A stretch of DNA of 64,000 bases, from assembly GCA_963849325.1 (NCBI GenBank), contig CAWKHF010000008.1, forward strand, positions 160,001 to 224,000, written 5' to 3'. This DNA is from an uncultured Planctomycetota bacterium (lineage in GTDB: Bacteria > Planctomycetota > Planctomycetia > Gemmatales > Gemmataceae). Position numbers and translations under genes: made by a program. Positions 62,660 through 64,000 of the stretch are shown in pieces. The notes below the pieces were generated by a model. That model made no database searches, had not been told where the DNA came from, and worked only from the letters and a program-made list of their open reading frames with translations. Positions within the stretch are counted from its first letter, which is position 1. Each line of letters opens with the position of its first letter.

Positions 62660-62689
62660 TTGACACCGCGAAGACAGTCGGGCTATAAC
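62660..62689 (+). promoter_or_regulatory. Putative sigma70 promoter for lpxK
   Basis: TTGACA-N18-TATAAC. Confidence 0.6.
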
Positions 62690-62844
62690 ACCGTTCGCTT
62701 GGCGGGCCGCACACCGCCCGTCGTAGGAACGAGGACGTAAGGATATGTCCTGTCGTTCATGCCTTTGGACCCGAAAAAGGGGATGGACCCCCGTTGTTCG
62801 CACCCGGCGTCCCAACCTGTGCCGTCCCTCCCTCGACCCTGCGA

Positions 62845-63975
62845 ATGAGCGGCGGTTCGCGTAACCATTACCTGCGTCTGCTGTCCGGCGAAGCGCGCGG
62901 CCTGTGGCCGGCACTGGAGCGGCTCGGCCTGCACGCGGCCAGTCTGCCCTACGGCCTGGCCGTGCGGCTCCGCAATGCCGCCTATCGACCGCGGCTGGCT
63001 GCGCAGCGAGCGCGTGCCGGTGCCGGTCGTCAGCGTCGGCAACCTGACCGTCGGCGGCACCGGCAAGACGCCGTGCGTCGAGTACGTCGCCCGCTTCTAC
63101 CGCGGCCTGCGACCTGCGCGTGGCCATCCTCAGCCGCGGCTACGGCGGCGCCGGCGGCCGCAACGACGAGGCGCTGGTGCTGGAAGAGAACCTGCCCGAC
63201 GTGCCGCACCTGCAAGGGGCCGACCGCGTCGCCCTGGCCCGCACCGCCGTCGAGGAGCTGGAGAGCGAAGTGCTGGTCCTCGACGACGGCTTCCAGCACC
63301 GCCGGCTGGCCCGCGACCTCGACCTGGTGCTGATCGACGCGACGCGCCCCGTGGGGCCACGGCTACCTGCTGCCGCGCGGCCTGCTGCGCGAGCCGCCGC
63401 GCGGCCTGCGACGGGCCGGCGTCGTCGTCCTGACGCGCTGCGATCAGGTCGGCGCCGGAGCAGCGCCAGCGATCTGCGGCAGACCAGTCGCCCGCCTCGC
63501 GCCGGGCGTGCCGGTGGTCGAGACGAGCGCATCGGCCCGGTCGGGCTGGTCAACAGCGACGGGCGAGGCTGCGCCGCTGGACGTGCTGCGCGGCCGGCCG
63601 GTGGCGGCGTTCTGCGGCATCGGCAACCCGAGGCGTTTCGCCGCACGCTTGCTCGACCTCGGGCGCCGACGTGCATCGCCTTCCGCGCCTATCCCGACCA
63701 TCACGCCTACGACCGCGACGACGTCGAGGACCTGCGCCGCTGGGCCGCGAGCGCTGCCCGACGGCGCGCGTGGTCGTGACCACGCAGAAGGACCTGGTCA
63801 AGCTGCGGCTGTCGCGCCTCGGCGACCGGCCGCTGTGGTGCGCTGCGCATTCGGCTCCACGTCGAGTCCGGCCAGGACGTTCTGGACGGCCAGCTGCGAA
63901 TCCGTCCTTCCGCCGTCCTCACCCCGACCGCTCTCCCCCGAATCGGAGGAGACGGTAGGCGTGAGCGGAGGCTAA
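62845..63975 (+). CDS. lpxK: Tetraacyldisaccharide 4'-kinase (multiple indels; 3' end uncertain)
   Basis: [49 protein letters not shown]. Confidence 0.92.
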
Positions 63976-64000
63976 ACCCGAGAGCAGGCGAGACGATGAA

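Overview
High-GC bacterial DNA, very likely Planctomycetota (Gemmataceae-like): it has a BBP7-type barrel, an LExLExR export motif, an ECF sigma/Ser-Thr kinase pair and dense REP-like palindromes. Most long genes are broken by 1-2 nt indels that look like long-read consensus errors, so genes were reconstructed across frames. Core content: prkA-yeaH-spoVR operon, xylose isomerase-like gene, aroF, argA, trxB, cyanophycin synthetase, two Hsp20 genes behind a sigma54 promoter, a poly-HAMP hybrid histidine kinase pair and lpxK. Highlights: (1) a lower-GC IS1-like remnant carries a coupled three-gene cargo (unknown protein + HExxH protein + variant dCTP deaminase), a candidate uncharacterised nucleotide-targeting defence system; (2) both PrkA and SpoVR carry LAGLIDADG-type inteins; (3) an integrase-less integron remnant has a Pc-like promoter, an attI-like site and attC cassettes; (4) a palindromic repeat is inserted in frame inside argA; (5) the aroF leader has a perfect anti-SD match, a uORF and a terminator; (6) a truncated toxin-antitoxin module sits between duplicated WD40-protein tails.
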